Positions 54,049 to 62,971 of a stretch of DNA of 64,000 nucleotides are shown piece by piece; position 1 is the stretch's first letter, and each line of letters starts with the position of its first letter. This DNA comes from a virus. Its lineage: Duplodnaviria; Caudoviricetes. The translations under genes and the position numbers were made by a program. The notes beneath the pieces were generated by a model, which made no database searches, was not told where the DNA came from, and saw only the letters and a program-made list of their open reading frames with translations. The stretch lies in the IMG/VR virus record IMGVR_UViG_3300021399_000099, positions 96,001-160,000 of that record, one strand, 5' to 3'.

Positions 54049-54393
54049 TTATTCTATTCCAGCGTCTTTCCAGTCCTCATAATCCGCAGCGCCAGGCTCT
54101 CCACCGTCTTCCCAAGTTCCTGGATAATTTTTAGGATTCCATCCGGGTGCAACCGAAGTGTCATAGGTACCGGTTTCCTCGTCATATGGGTAATAGTACC
54201 AGTAATCAACCGGATTATGCTCTCCACCTTCGTTGAGTACGGTTACAACCATACCAAGTTTAAGCTCGTTTCTGTTGGTGAATTTGGCTTTCAGCTCTTC
54301 TACTGTTTCAACTGGCTGCATCTTATGGTCAAGATAACCTTTACCAGTGTATTTGAGCTGTTTTGTCATGTTTGTCACGTTTGCTTCTGCCAT
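54049..54393 (-). CDS. Probable virion-associated protein
   Basis: G.G.LD....V.T.EEL......GM.VTV motif; late-motif operon. Confidence 0.45.
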   Translation of the reverse strand: MAEANVTNMTKQLKYTGKGYLDHKMQPVETVEELKAKFTNRNELKLGMVVTVLNEGGEHNPVDYWYYYPYDEETGTYDTSVAPGWNPKNYPGTWEDGGEPGAADYEDWKDAGIE

Positions 54394-54406
54394 AGTCCGT
54401 GTCTAA

Positions 54407-55381
54407 TTACTTCTTTATGTTTAATATATATGTAAGTTCGTAGTCGTCGCAAGGGTCTGGTTCAATGGAATAAGGACATTGTGCCCCAGAAAGGTCCCTA
54501 CGCATCCACTTTACGAATTTTTTTCCACTAACGGTGATGTCTCCCTTTTCCCAGTTATCTGTGTCTGTGGTAAAGTCTTCCTTAATCTCAGCGATGGCCT
54601 TCTTGGTAATGAAGACGAAGTCATAAGAGTGTTCGTTAAAGTACTGTTGCTCAACATCTTCCGGCATATATTGTTCAACTACACTACCAAGGGCGACGAA
54701 ACCCACTTCAGCGCTGTCCTGGTCGGCAAAATTAGCCTCGTCATAAGATGCGACATAATCAAAGCCTTGGCCCTGAGCATCTATAATTGCCTGGTAATCA
54801 TCTCCTGTAAGGGTGTCTGTTTTCGTGCATAGTATAGAGAAGGCATAGACCGTTCCGTCCTCGTCTCCGCCACCGCCGCCATAAGTTACTGAATATTCAT
54901 ATGATTTATCCTCAGCTGTCTTGCCGGCATCACTTCCATCTTCCTTGAAACCGACATTCACTTCGTCAATACTGTATGGAAATGCGGTTGTTAAGGTAGA
55001 AACGTCGAATGTAGCGTTGTCAGAACCCTCATCAACTTTTACTTTGAAAGAGTATTCGTCGCCGTTATCATCTGTAAAGGTAACAAATACATAAAGAGGT
55101 GATGCTACCGGTAAATCGAATGACACAGAAAACAGTCCGTCATTTTCAATATTGGCTGAACCATTGTTTTTACTGATTTTACCACCGCCACCGCATTCGC
55201 CACAGTTCTGTATGGTCTTGACTGTAACTGCGGTAGAATTCTTATATTCCTCGGGTGAAAGACCGCAAAGGTCGAGAACCTGTGCCCCCCATTGCCATCT
55301 TTCTTCAACCCTATTATCGGCTTCCCATACTCCAGGTGCTTCAAAATCCACCAAACTTTCTCTTGGGTCTCCTAAATACAT
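54407..55381 (-). CDS. Acidic probable virion protein
   Basis: Very acidic, beta-rich; ACTATTTAT upstream. Confidence 0.5.
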   Translation of the reverse strand: MYLGDPRESLVDFEAPGVWEADNRVEERWQWGAQVLDLCGLSPEEYKNSTAVTVKTIQNCGECGGGGKISKNNGSANIENDGLFSVSFDLPVASPLYVFVTFTDDNGDEYSFKVKVDEGSDNATFDVSTLTTAFPYSIDEVNVGFKEDGSDAGKTAEDKSYEYSVTYGGGGGDEDGTVYAFSILCTKTDTLTGDDYQAIIDAQGQGFDYVASYDEANFADQDSAEVGFVALGSVVEQYMPEDVEQQYFNEHSYDFVFITKKAIAEIKEDFTTDTDNWEKGDITVSGKKFVKWMRRDLSGAQCPYSIEPDPCDDYELTYILNIKK

Positions 55382-55438
55382 AATCTATATTTCTTTATCC
55401 TGTTATTCGTTTAAAGTGCCTTTGACACTTTTTATTAC

Positions 55439-55447
55439 ATAAATAGT
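55439..55447 (-). promoter_or_regulatory. Putative late promoter motif ACTATTTAT
   Basis: Upstream of three virion-like genes. Confidence 0.5.
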
Positions 55448-55481
55448 TTAAATAATGGAAATATACTGGGAAGATAAAGAT

Positions 55482-55506
55482 AAAACCAGGCTTGTGACCT
55501 GGTTTT
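55482..55506 (-). terminator. Intrinsic terminator
   Basis: aaaaccagg / cctggtttt. Confidence 0.7.
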
Positions 55507-55511
55507 AACAA

Positions 55512-56261
55512 TTATTCAATATGTCCCTCCATTTCAAAAACATATGGAGGATAAAGTGGGTAATAATTTTCATCAAGCAATGATACACAACGAAGCTTGG
55601 TGTCCTTCTTGTACATCTTTGTTAGGGTATGGTTAGAGCTATGTATATGTCCGTAAAGGCACACTTTTGGTTCGGCTCGCTTAATCGCCTTTGCCAGGAC
55701 TTTATTTCCGGCGTCTTCTCCAGCCCACCGCCCCATGGTAATCTTTCCATGTCCTTGGATTGCAGGGGCGTCATGGGTTAAAAGAATATCAAGACCTTCC
55801 GGAATATTATCATAGTGCTTCTCCAAAAAATTGTCACTACGCATAAATGCCCAGTTACCAAAAATCTTACACCATGGCGTGCCGTATATCTTAAGCTTTT
55901 CAACGTTTCCGTCATCATTTACCTTTTCAAAGATATACTCGTCATCTTCCAGATAAACAAGGCGACCATCGCAAGGTTTTAAAACATCAGTATAAATAGA
56001 AGAATAACCTTGATTCGGGTTCGGCTCCTGTTCCAGATAAAAGTCGTGGTTGCCGCCGATAAACACTACTCGGCTAAATCGGTCCGCAAATGGAAGAGAC
56101 CTTACCCATTCAGCAAAAGCCGTTGATAGCCAGTTTCGCTGATAGGCGTTGTAATGGTCGTGTGCCGGACAAATATCTCCGCCGATTAACATTAGGTCAA
56201 AAGGTTCCGTAATCGTCGGCAAATTCCCATGCGGGTCACTAAAAGCTATAATTTTAATCAT
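55512..56261 (-). CDS. Metallophosphoesterase
   Basis: SDPHG, GGDI, GGNHD, GTPW, LLTH..P, YGHIH. Confidence 0.88.
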   Translation of the reverse strand: MIKIIAFSDPHGNLPTITEPFDLMLIGGDICPAHDHYNAYQRNWLSTAFAEWVRSLPFADRFSRVVFIGGNHDFYLEQEPNPNQGYSSIYTDVLKPCDGRLVYLEDDEYIFEKVNDDGNVEKLKIYGTPWCKIFGNWAFMRSDNFLEKHYDNIPEGLDILLTHDAPAIQGHGKITMGRWAGEDAGNKVLAKAIKRAEPKVCLYGHIHSSNHTLTKMYKKDTKLRCVSLLDENYYPLYPPYVFEMEGHIE

Positions 56262-56303
56262 TTTTCATCTAATATATTTTCAAGTTTATACCGTGCCATA
56301 ATA

Positions 56304-56522
56304 TTAAGAATAAAAATTAGTTATGAACTCATAAACCTTCTCTATGTGGTTCCAATCAAAATCCATCCAACAATGATAAGTTTCACTCCAAACCTGCACA
56401 TCCTTTGAATCTGAGCGTATAATTCTCTTCTCAAGGTGCAATTCGTCTTTGAATGGATGCCGATACCAGCAAAGTGCCTTAGCTTTGTTCCATACCCTTT
56501 TATTTTTTTTAGATTTTGCCAT
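56304..56522 (-). CDS. hypothetical protein
   Basis: ORF. Confidence 0.55.
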   Translation of the reverse strand: MAKSKKNKRVWNKAKALCWYRHPFKDELHLEKRIIRSDSKDVQVWSETYHCWMDFDWNHIEKVYEFITNFYS

Positions 56523-56622
56523 ATTTTAATTATTTTATTCGGCATCAAATGCGAATCCGTTTTCTTTAAGGTACTTTACGTATTCTTCATAAGAAGAAAA
56601 CCTTTCAGGATAAAAATTCCAA

Positions 56623-56916
56623 CTATTCATATTTCCAATAAGTTATGATATATGCCTTTGTGGTGTCAGCATTGTTTATGGTAATCGTGCTGTCAATCCT
56701 ATATTCAACAACATCACTAACTACTGTTGATACCGGCTCATTCTTTTCTTTTGCATGAGAGTCATCTATGGCATTTTTCAATGGATAAAGATTAAGGATG
56801 CCCAGTACAAGAAGAGCTAAACCGTGGCCAAAATTTTCCATCACAAACTGTGCAATAGCCGCAATACAGCAAAGCACGATTGTTAAAACCGCAAAAATAA
56901 TCCTAACTGTAATCAT
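56623..56916 (-). CDS. Two-TM membrane protein
   Basis: Hydrophobic N-terminus. Confidence 0.6.
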   Translation of the reverse strand: MITVRIIFAVLTIVLCCIAAIAQFVMENFGHGLALLVLGILNLYPLKNAIDDSHAKEKNEPVSTVVSDVVEYRIDSTITINNADTTKAYIITYWKYE

Positions 56917-56960
56917 AATTTTTATTCTTTGGTGATTGTTAATTTAATCTTGCCCCCGTA

Positions 56961-57491
56961 TTATTTTTCGTAAGGCCATGCAAAGCCGTCCGGAGATGTG
57001 GGTATCAGCATATAGTGAGTGGGCATATTAGGAAGATAGCCCTCTACCGCCTCACCATATTCATACTTGCACCAAGTTTTACGCGTTCCGTCCGGCTGTA
57101 TCTGGTACGTTTCATAATCATCCCCCTCTTCGAGACAAGTGGCATAACAATCCTGGTCATTAACCCATTTGGCCGAGAAAAACCCCGTATCGGAAAGAAA
57201 ACCAATCCTTGTTCCGGCCGGGTTAAAGTCTTCATTAACCCACTCTTTATTGTAACCAATTACCTCCTGTCCATAAGGCAGCGGATGGTCTTCATCAACT
57301 TTAATCCAAGTACCAGGCATATTATCCTGTAAAGAATGAATAATGGAGACGACTTTAGTATATCCACTTAATTCTGCCACCCATTCTTTATAATTGGCTG
57401 CATAATAAAGTTTATTCATTAATGATATAAGCTCGTCTTTCAACTTTCCTATCTCGGCAATCAATTTATCTGCATCGATGTATTTGTTCAT
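56961..57491 (-). CDS. Hypothetical protein (KYIDADKL N-terminus, DUF551-like C-terminus)
   Basis: WIKV....LP ... PTHYM.IP. Confidence 0.6.
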   Translation of the reverse strand: MNKYIDADKLIAEIGKLKDELISLMNKLYYAANYKEWVAELSGYTKVVSIIHSLQDNMPGTWIKVDEDHPLPYGQEVIGYNKEWVNEDFNPAGTRIGFLSDTGFFSAKWVNDQDCYATCLEEGDDYETYQIQPDGTRKTWCKYEYGEAVEGYLPNMPTHYMLIPTSPDGFAWPYEK

Positions 57492-57525
57492 AATTTTTAA
57501 TATTTGTTAAGGAACATTAATCTTG

Positions 57526-57969
57526 TTATCTTTTAACATACTTAGAAAAGATTTCATCACGCATTTTCCCGGTAATGAAAACACTATCCGTAATAGGCAC
57601 CGCTTCGTTACCGTCTTGTGAGATTATCAGTCCCATAAAAGTATCCGAGGTCATAACGGCCCTGGAAACGGTATTTATAACGGTGTCTTTATTTATTACA
57701 AACACGCTGGACCCATGCTCAACAAAACACCTGGAAATAGTTTTACGGGTCTGTTTTGCTACTTGTGTCTCAATGCTGTCAGTCCTCACCCTGCAGTCGA
57801 TAAAATAGGTCGTTGAATCATCCGGAACATATACATCACGGAAAAAATCTATGCCATATGAATGGATATCCAGTGACGTTCTGCTACAAGAGCCGACAAT
57901 CACCATAAACGAGAGGGCGATAAGACTAAGCTTCGCCATCTTTAATGAAAGCAATTTCTTCTTCATCAT
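57526..57969 (-). CDS. Probable lipoprotein
   Basis: Basic N-terminus, hydrophobic stretch, VGSC lipobox-like. Confidence 0.55.
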   Translation of the reverse strand: MMKKKLLSLKMAKLSLIALSFMVIVGSCSRTSLDIHSYGIDFFRDVYVPDDSTTYFIDCRVRTDSIETQVAKQTRKTISRCFVEHGSSVFVINKDTVINTVSRAVMTSDTFMGLIISQDGNEAVPITDSVFITGKMRDEIFSKYVKR

Positions 57970-58246
57970 ACCAATATTCAAGTTTAAGCGGTTTAAAACT
58001 AAAAAGCATCCTCTCATACGAATACTTGTCACATATCTTATTTACCATTTTTTTCTTCTCTCGATACTCTCCCCATCTCTGCTTCAGCTCGTTGTCATCT
58101 TTAATCCCATCGAGCCAGTGAATAATGTTATCGTAGGCCCCATCACTGATTTTTGTCTGGAAGTGAAAAACCTGAGTGTTCCTCACAAGGAAAAAATAAA
58201 TCGCAATGCCCAATGCGGTAAATAAAAAAATGTTAGCTACGTTCAT
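57926..58246 (-). CDS. hypothetical membrane-anchored protein
   Basis: N-terminal TM; tandem promoter motifs upstream. Confidence 0.6.
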   Translation of the reverse strand: MNVANIFLFTALGIAIYFFLVRNTQVFHFQTKISDGAYDNIIHWLDGIKDDNELKQRWGEYREKKKMVNKICDKYSYERMLFSFKPLKLEYWYDEEEIAFIKDGEA

Positions 58247-58279
58247 AATACTTAATTTTTAATGTTTCACGTTCTATAT

Positions 58280-58299
58280 TGCAAGAATCGTGCCAAACT
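58280..58299 (-). promoter_or_regulatory. sigma54-like motif (AGTTTGGCACGATTCTTGCA)
   Basis: Exact match to TGGCACG-N4-TTGCA consensus. Confidence 0.75.
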
Positions 58300-58331
58300 G
58301 ATTAAAATATACAAAAAAGATAGAAAAAAAC

Positions 58332-58356
58332 AAAACCCCAGGTTTCCCCGGGGTTT
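58332..58356 (-). terminator. Intrinsic terminator after fimbrillin
   Basis: aaacccc.gg / cc.ggggttt plus T-tract. Confidence 0.65.
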
Positions 58357-58378
58357 CATAGAATAGAAGGTGTTCGCA

Positions 58379-60109
58379 TTAGATTTTAATAATCTGAGTG
58401 TGACCCTCAGTGTAATCGGTAACATCAATAGTTACCTGGATAGGGTTGTTCGTGATGTCAATATCGTCTTTCTCACCATTTGCGTCGCCAGGATTGTCTT
58501 TGCCATTACCTGTTGAAGTGATATTAATAATGTACTTGTAATACTTACCAGCTTCAAGCCCAGCAGCGGGGAGTGCGATAGGAACCCTTACATCATAAAC
58601 CGTGGTACCTTTATAAGTATAGCTAAGTTTTACGACAAAGTGTGTAAGGCCAGTATCACCAGGTATTGCATAGAATGTAGTAGGCGAATAAATAGCTTCT
58701 GCCTCTGTAGTGCCAACAGGAACATTTGATGTGGGAAGCGAGAACTGAATAACATCGGTTACAGCGACACGATTATCAAATGTGAGTCCGGTAGATACTG
58801 TTGCATCAGCAGTCTTGGTGTGTGCAAGATGAGCATAACCATTTGTTGCATCTGCCTTTGCTGAGAATACACGGATTCCATCAATGCCAGTAACTGCAGG
58901 CTGATAAGGAGTACCAGGAGTAATAGTGCAAACCTGAGTAGATGCTTCAACATTGCTTGAAAGGAATACAAGCACCTGATTAGCATTAGCATCGCTTACG
59001 TTAATACGGACAACTCTCCATCCTTCATTATAAGCTTTTTCAAACATTGACCAAAATGATTCAGCAGGAGAACCACCATACCAATCTGTTTGATGTGCTT
59101 TTAGTGCGGTTGAAAATGCATCATTACCAGCGGCAAATTCAGCCTTATCAACTCCATCAGCAAGCTTCATCATAAAGATGTTCTTATTAGAGGCAGCACT
59201 TTCCCAATCTTCTGTTGTTTCAGTCTTTGAAGTGCTATTGACAACTTGATTAAGTCTATAATATACAAACTGAGCATTTACGGCGTCTTTGATAGAAAGA
59301 AGCCAATCCTTAGCCATGTAATTAAGAGTGGCATTATTAGAGCCAACATAAAGAGGATTTGGCTGATTCTTTGTAAGCTTAGGAGAATTAGCACCATAAA
59401 AACCGATAGCAACCTGAACCTCACTACCTGCAGCAAGTTCATCAATAAACTTAGTGGTCTTCTTGGTATAGGTCTCTGTATCAGGTGTTGCTGGAACCTC
59501 AGGAGTAGTAGGTGTATAATCTAAAATCTTTGTATTAGAATCATCACTAATAAACCCAAGATAAAGGAGTGCATTACCGTGTTTGAACGGAAGATTTACC
59601 ACACTACCATAATTAACCTTTGCAACATCAGTCCTTGCCCAAAGGAACTCCTTAGGTGAATCAGCTGTAAGCGTTCCGGTAACTCTATTGTCATCAGCCA
59701 CAAAGGATTCAACACCGACCTTAACAGCACCGTTATTTACCTTGGCATCAGTAGTAGGAATAATACCAATGAAAGAGTATGAATCGGCATTGTTCTTAAA
59801 ATACTGAAGTTCTTGCCCATTTACGCCTTCATATACATATGAATTAGTATTGTTGGCCTGTACAGTGAAAGGATTCATAACCGTCTCGTTAAGTGTATTC
59901 CAAGCGTAAAGACTGAACTCGTCGTAGCCGTTACCGGCGGTTGTAGCAACACTAGCCTTGGTTTCGAGGGTACGGTCACCAAAAAGGATGGCGTACTCAC
60001 CCTTAGAATTGGTTGGGGTTCTATTGGTAAATGTGCTTTCAATTTTTGCACATGAGGCAATCGTCATAACTGTTGCAACGATTGCGAGGAAAATGTTTTT
60101 GTTTTTCAT
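58379..60109 (-). CDS. Fimbrillin (type V pilin)-like lipoprotein
   Basis: Lipobox IASC, propeptide ending ETKA, V.L.F.H, L.AGKYYKY.I.I, C-terminal I.V...V.DY strand. Confidence 0.78.
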   Translation of the reverse strand: MKNKNIFLAIVATVMTIASCAKIESTFTNRTPTNSKGEYAILFGDRTLETKASVATTAGNGYDEFSLYAWNTLNETVMNPFTVQANNTNSYVYEGVNGQELQYFKNNADSYSFIGIIPTTDAKVNNGAVKVGVESFVADDNRVTGTLTADSPKEFLWARTDVAKVNYGSVVNLPFKHGNALLYLGFISDDSNTKILDYTPTTPEVPATPDTETYTKKTTKFIDELAAGSEVQVAIGFYGANSPKLTKNQPNPLYVGSNNATLNYMAKDWLLSIKDAVNAQFVYYRLNQVVNSTSKTETTEDWESAASNKNIFMMKLADGVDKAEFAAGNDAFSTALKAHQTDWYGGSPAESFWSMFEKAYNEGWRVVRINVSDANANQVLVFLSSNVEASTQVCTITPGTPYQPAVTGIDGIRVFSAKADATNGYAHLAHTKTADATVSTGLTFDNRVAVTDVIQFSLPTSNVPVGTTEAEAIYSPTTFYAIPGDTGLTHFVVKLSYTYKGTTVYDVRVPIALPAAGLEAGKYYKYIINITSTGNGKDNPGDANGEKDDIDITNNPIQVTIDVTDYTEGHTQIIKI

Positions 60110-60114
60110 CTTTC

Positions 60115-61341
60115 TTATTTTTTAAAATGTTTCTTATTTATACAAAAGTCTCTCTTAATGGTTATTCCAACATAAGTCGGTCCAATATAAAACGCTTTGT
60201 AACTATTTTCAAAAAATTCTTTATTAATGGTCTTGCTTATTGCAATCACCTTTGGCTCATCATTACTTATCTGTTCATTATTTGTGCCGCTATTTATCTT
60301 TCCGTTTTGATACTCACCAAAAACGACATTCATACGACCCTGCTCACTATAAAAGTAATCTGCATAGTAAGACCTCTCAAAAAGACCGAACCGTATTATC
60401 GGGCAAATCTTCCAGTGCGGCCATAAACTGAAAGCCCAACCAACGCCTAGACCCCCTCCATAAAATACACCAATCTTTCCAACATCAGTAAATAGCTCAG
60501 TATCAAAATATCCAGCATTTCCAAAAGCTTCAATAAATAGTTTATCGTAGTTGTTATTGAAGTACTTCCTAATCCCAATGTGCCATGAGTCTGTATCGTA
60601 TTCTCGACCTGTAATCTTCCATTTTGAAAAAGACCCTTCAACAAAGAAAGACATCCGGTTAAAATATACTTCAGCTCCTATATTGGCCCGTAACAACATG
60701 TCCGAAAGGAGGTCATTATAGACCGCAAAAACCGGTTTAACATGAATATCGTTAGCGTAATCTGTTGTATTATTAACGTAGTCAGTCGTATTATTAGTGT
60801 GGTCAGTCGTATAATAATTATATGTATTATAAACATTGTTTATTACCTGAGTAACCACGGTATCTTTACGTGATGGTTCGGGTTTGTTCGGCAGTTCCTC
60901 TGGCTCCGGTCTATGGAAGTGTATTTCAACATATGTGGCCCTAAGCTTCTGATAATCAGACTCATCTAAGCCAGTCTTTTCCAAAAATAGAGAGTAATCA
61001 TTGTTCTTTACAATCTTTTCTCTCGGGACGATATTCGATATATAAGAATAAATCTTACCGGCTCTCATATCCGCCAAACGAACATTATTCTGCACATTTC
61101 CCTCTGGTGACGCCGAACCAATGAGTAAAATACGGTCGACTAAGACTTTTTTACTACGTATAGCTGGTACAATATCAGTAATGTAGTTATAATAGTTGTC
61201 GTTCTTTATTATCTGGTCTGTATTTACCCTAAATTCAATTGTAAAGGACATGACTTCACTATCCTTGTCCTGGCTCGCAACACTAAACGAGCTAAGCAAG
61301 AAAATAGCCAAAATAAATATTACATTTTTTATAAAATTCAT
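60115..61341 (-). CDS. OmpA-like + DUF3575 beta-barrel protein (fimbrial operon accessory)
   Basis: GSASPEG...N..LA..RA; N.L.D..L..NIG.E; C-terminal Y.GPT..GI; start trimmed to MNFIKN. Confidence 0.72.
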   Translation of the reverse strand: MNFIKNVIFILAIFLLSSFSVASQDKDSEVMSFTIEFRVNTDQIIKNDNYYNYITDIVPAIRSKKVLVDRILLIGSASPEGNVQNNVRLADMRAGKIYSYISNIVPREKIVKNNDYSLFLEKTGLDESDYQKLRATYVEIHFHRPEPEELPNKPEPSRKDTVVTQVINNVYNTYNYYTTDHTNNTTDYVNNTTDYANDIHVKPVFAVYNDLLSDMLLRANIGAEVYFNRMSFFVEGSFSKWKITGREYDTDSWHIGIRKYFNNNYDKLFIEAFGNAGYFDTELFTDVGKIGVFYGGGLGVGWAFSLWPHWKICPIIRFGLFERSYYADYFYSEQGRMNVVFGEYQNGKINSGTNNEQISNDEPKVIAISKTINKEFFENSYKAFYIGPTYVGITIKRDFCINKKHFKK

Positions 61342-61428
61342 ATCCTTATATATAGAGCATAAACTCAAGCTTTCTTTTTTAAAAAAAATACAAAAATTTT
61401 TTAAACAAGCCAAATCAATAGCAAAAAT

Positions 61429-62085
61429 TTACTTAATATTTCTTGGCTCCTTCAAATTGTCCCACCACTCTTTAACATATGATGGCATTGTTTCAATGAG
61501 CTGTTTTATTTCATCTGCTGTCGCCCTAAAGAAGGAAGAGCAGCCGGGAGCCCAGTCACCGTAAGCCGTGCCGTCTATGGCTGTTATCCCCCATTTACAC
61601 CTGGGGGCTGATTTTGACAAGTCTCCATCACCATAATCAAACGAAGAGACGAGCATAATGCCCTTCTTGCCGTTGCGATAATACGTAACGACGTCACCCA
61701 CAGAAACAAAGTCAATCGGTATTCTTTTTTCTTCGTCTGGAACATCCGGGTCGCTCCTATAAATTTCAGCAAGTTTCCCATTTTCATCCATAATACCCGC
61801 AGATTTAAGAAACCTTATAGCTGATGTCCTATTTTTGGTCACCTCCTTTGCAATCTCTTCCAGAGACTTTTGCTCTTTCTTTTTATTAAGATACTCAACC
61901 CATTTTGCGTATCTATGCGACGTTTTCACCTTATCAATGGCTGTTTTATGCCATATTCCATCGACAAGAAATTCAATAATCTCTTTCCTTGTTTTCTCAT
62001 CCTCGCTCTCCTTCTCCTCAATGATAACCTTGTTTCCTTCAATCCTGGCTTTGTATCCTTCTGGTATTTCAATTTCTTTTATCAT
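61429..62085 (-). CDS. Phage hypothetical protein, paralog family C
   Basis: EIPEGYKARIEGNKVIIEEKESEDEKTR. Confidence 0.75.
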   Translation of the reverse strand: MIKEIEIPEGYKARIEGNKVIIEEKESEDEKTRKEIIEFLVDGIWHKTAIDKVKTSHRYAKWVEYLNKKKEQKSLEEIAKEVTKNRTSAIRFLKSAGIMDENGKLAEIYRSDPDVPDEEKRIPIDFVSVGDVVTYYRNGKKGIMLVSSFDYGDGDLSKSAPRCKWGITAIDGTAYGDWAPGCSSFFRATADEIKQLIETMPSYVKEWWDNLKEPRNIK

Positions 62086-62087
62086 AA

Positions 62088-62450
62088 TTAAATCAAATTT
62101 TCAAGGCAATATTTTATAGCCTCTTCGCAGGCTTCTTCATATGAATTTGTTTTATATGGCTTTTCTCCATTATGAGCAAATATATACCAAATATACGGAA
62201 ATGCTGAATTGTTATAACGAAAAACTACAATATGTAAATTATGCACTTCCCTTAACCATTTCATTGCCATTTGAAGTGTTGGGCATGCATAGCAATCCGC
62301 ATTCAAAACGGTATTATAGTAACTATCAACATCCAGCCCGAAGAATATCTTATCCTCTCCATTATGGTATAGGGCGTGACACGGTTCGTCAAACCCTTTC
62401 TCCTTCAAGAGTTTTGCCGTTTCAAAACTGACGTAATCTTCTGTTATCAT
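62088..62450 (-). CDS. Phage hypothetical protein, paralog family B
   Basis: MITEDYVSFETAKLLKEKGF. Confidence 0.8.
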   Translation of the reverse strand: MITEDYVSFETAKLLKEKGFDEPCHALYHNGEDKIFFGLDVDSYYNTVLNADCYACPTLQMAMKWLREVHNLHIVVFRYNNSAFPYIWYIFAHNGEKPYKTNSYEEACEEAIKYCLENLI

Positions 62451-62623
62451 ATTTGCTACTCAATTTTTTTCTTTATCCTGTTTGTGTCTAAATGACATGT
62501 TACAAATGTTTTTGAAAGAGCGACTTTGTATTCACATTGTTTGCAAATTTCATAAGATATTTTCCCAATATCTTTATTACAGCATTTTTCGCCGTATAAA
62601 GTATCAACTAATACTGCCATAGT

Positions 62624-62968
62624 TTATTCATTTTTATACATATCTTTAGGTGCTTCAAGAGCAAGTCCTTTTTCAATTAATCCACGATAATCAAACATGT
62701 TCTTATTAAGCCAATCAACATCTTCGCCATAATTTCCTAATCTTATATTATCCAATTCATCTTGTTCATCATCTGTCATGGAAGACATTTGACGGAGATA
62801 CGGTTTAAAAATCTCACCTTCTGAATATTCAAGGAAATGAGCAAAATCGTCTAACTCGTTTTGTTTGAAAGTAATATCACAATTGTCACAATATCTATGT
62901 ACAATAAAACCATACGGCAACCTTGCACAAAGGTCTTTAAGCAATAGTTCTTTATCTTCTTGTGTCAT
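62624..62968 (-). CDS. Phage hypothetical protein, paralog family A
   Basis: MTQEDKELLLKDLCARLPY. Confidence 0.8.
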   Translation of the reverse strand: MTQEDKELLLKDLCARLPYGFIVHRYCDNCDITFKQNELDDFAHFLEYSEGEIFKPYLRQMSSMTDDEQDELDNIRLGNYGEDVDWLNKNMFDYRGLIEKGLALEAPKDMYKNE

Positions 62969-62971
62969 ATT

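Noticed and set aside
56281-56299. Additional sigma54-like site (TGGCACGGTATAAACTTGA)
   Set aside because: The -24 half matches, but the TTG element is displaced by 4 nt and sigma54 spacing is strict.
60765-60815. 21-bp repeats (TTDHTNN/TTDYVNN) as a regulatory array
   Set aside because: In-frame low-complexity linker inside the DUF3575 gene, with only about 3 degenerate copies.
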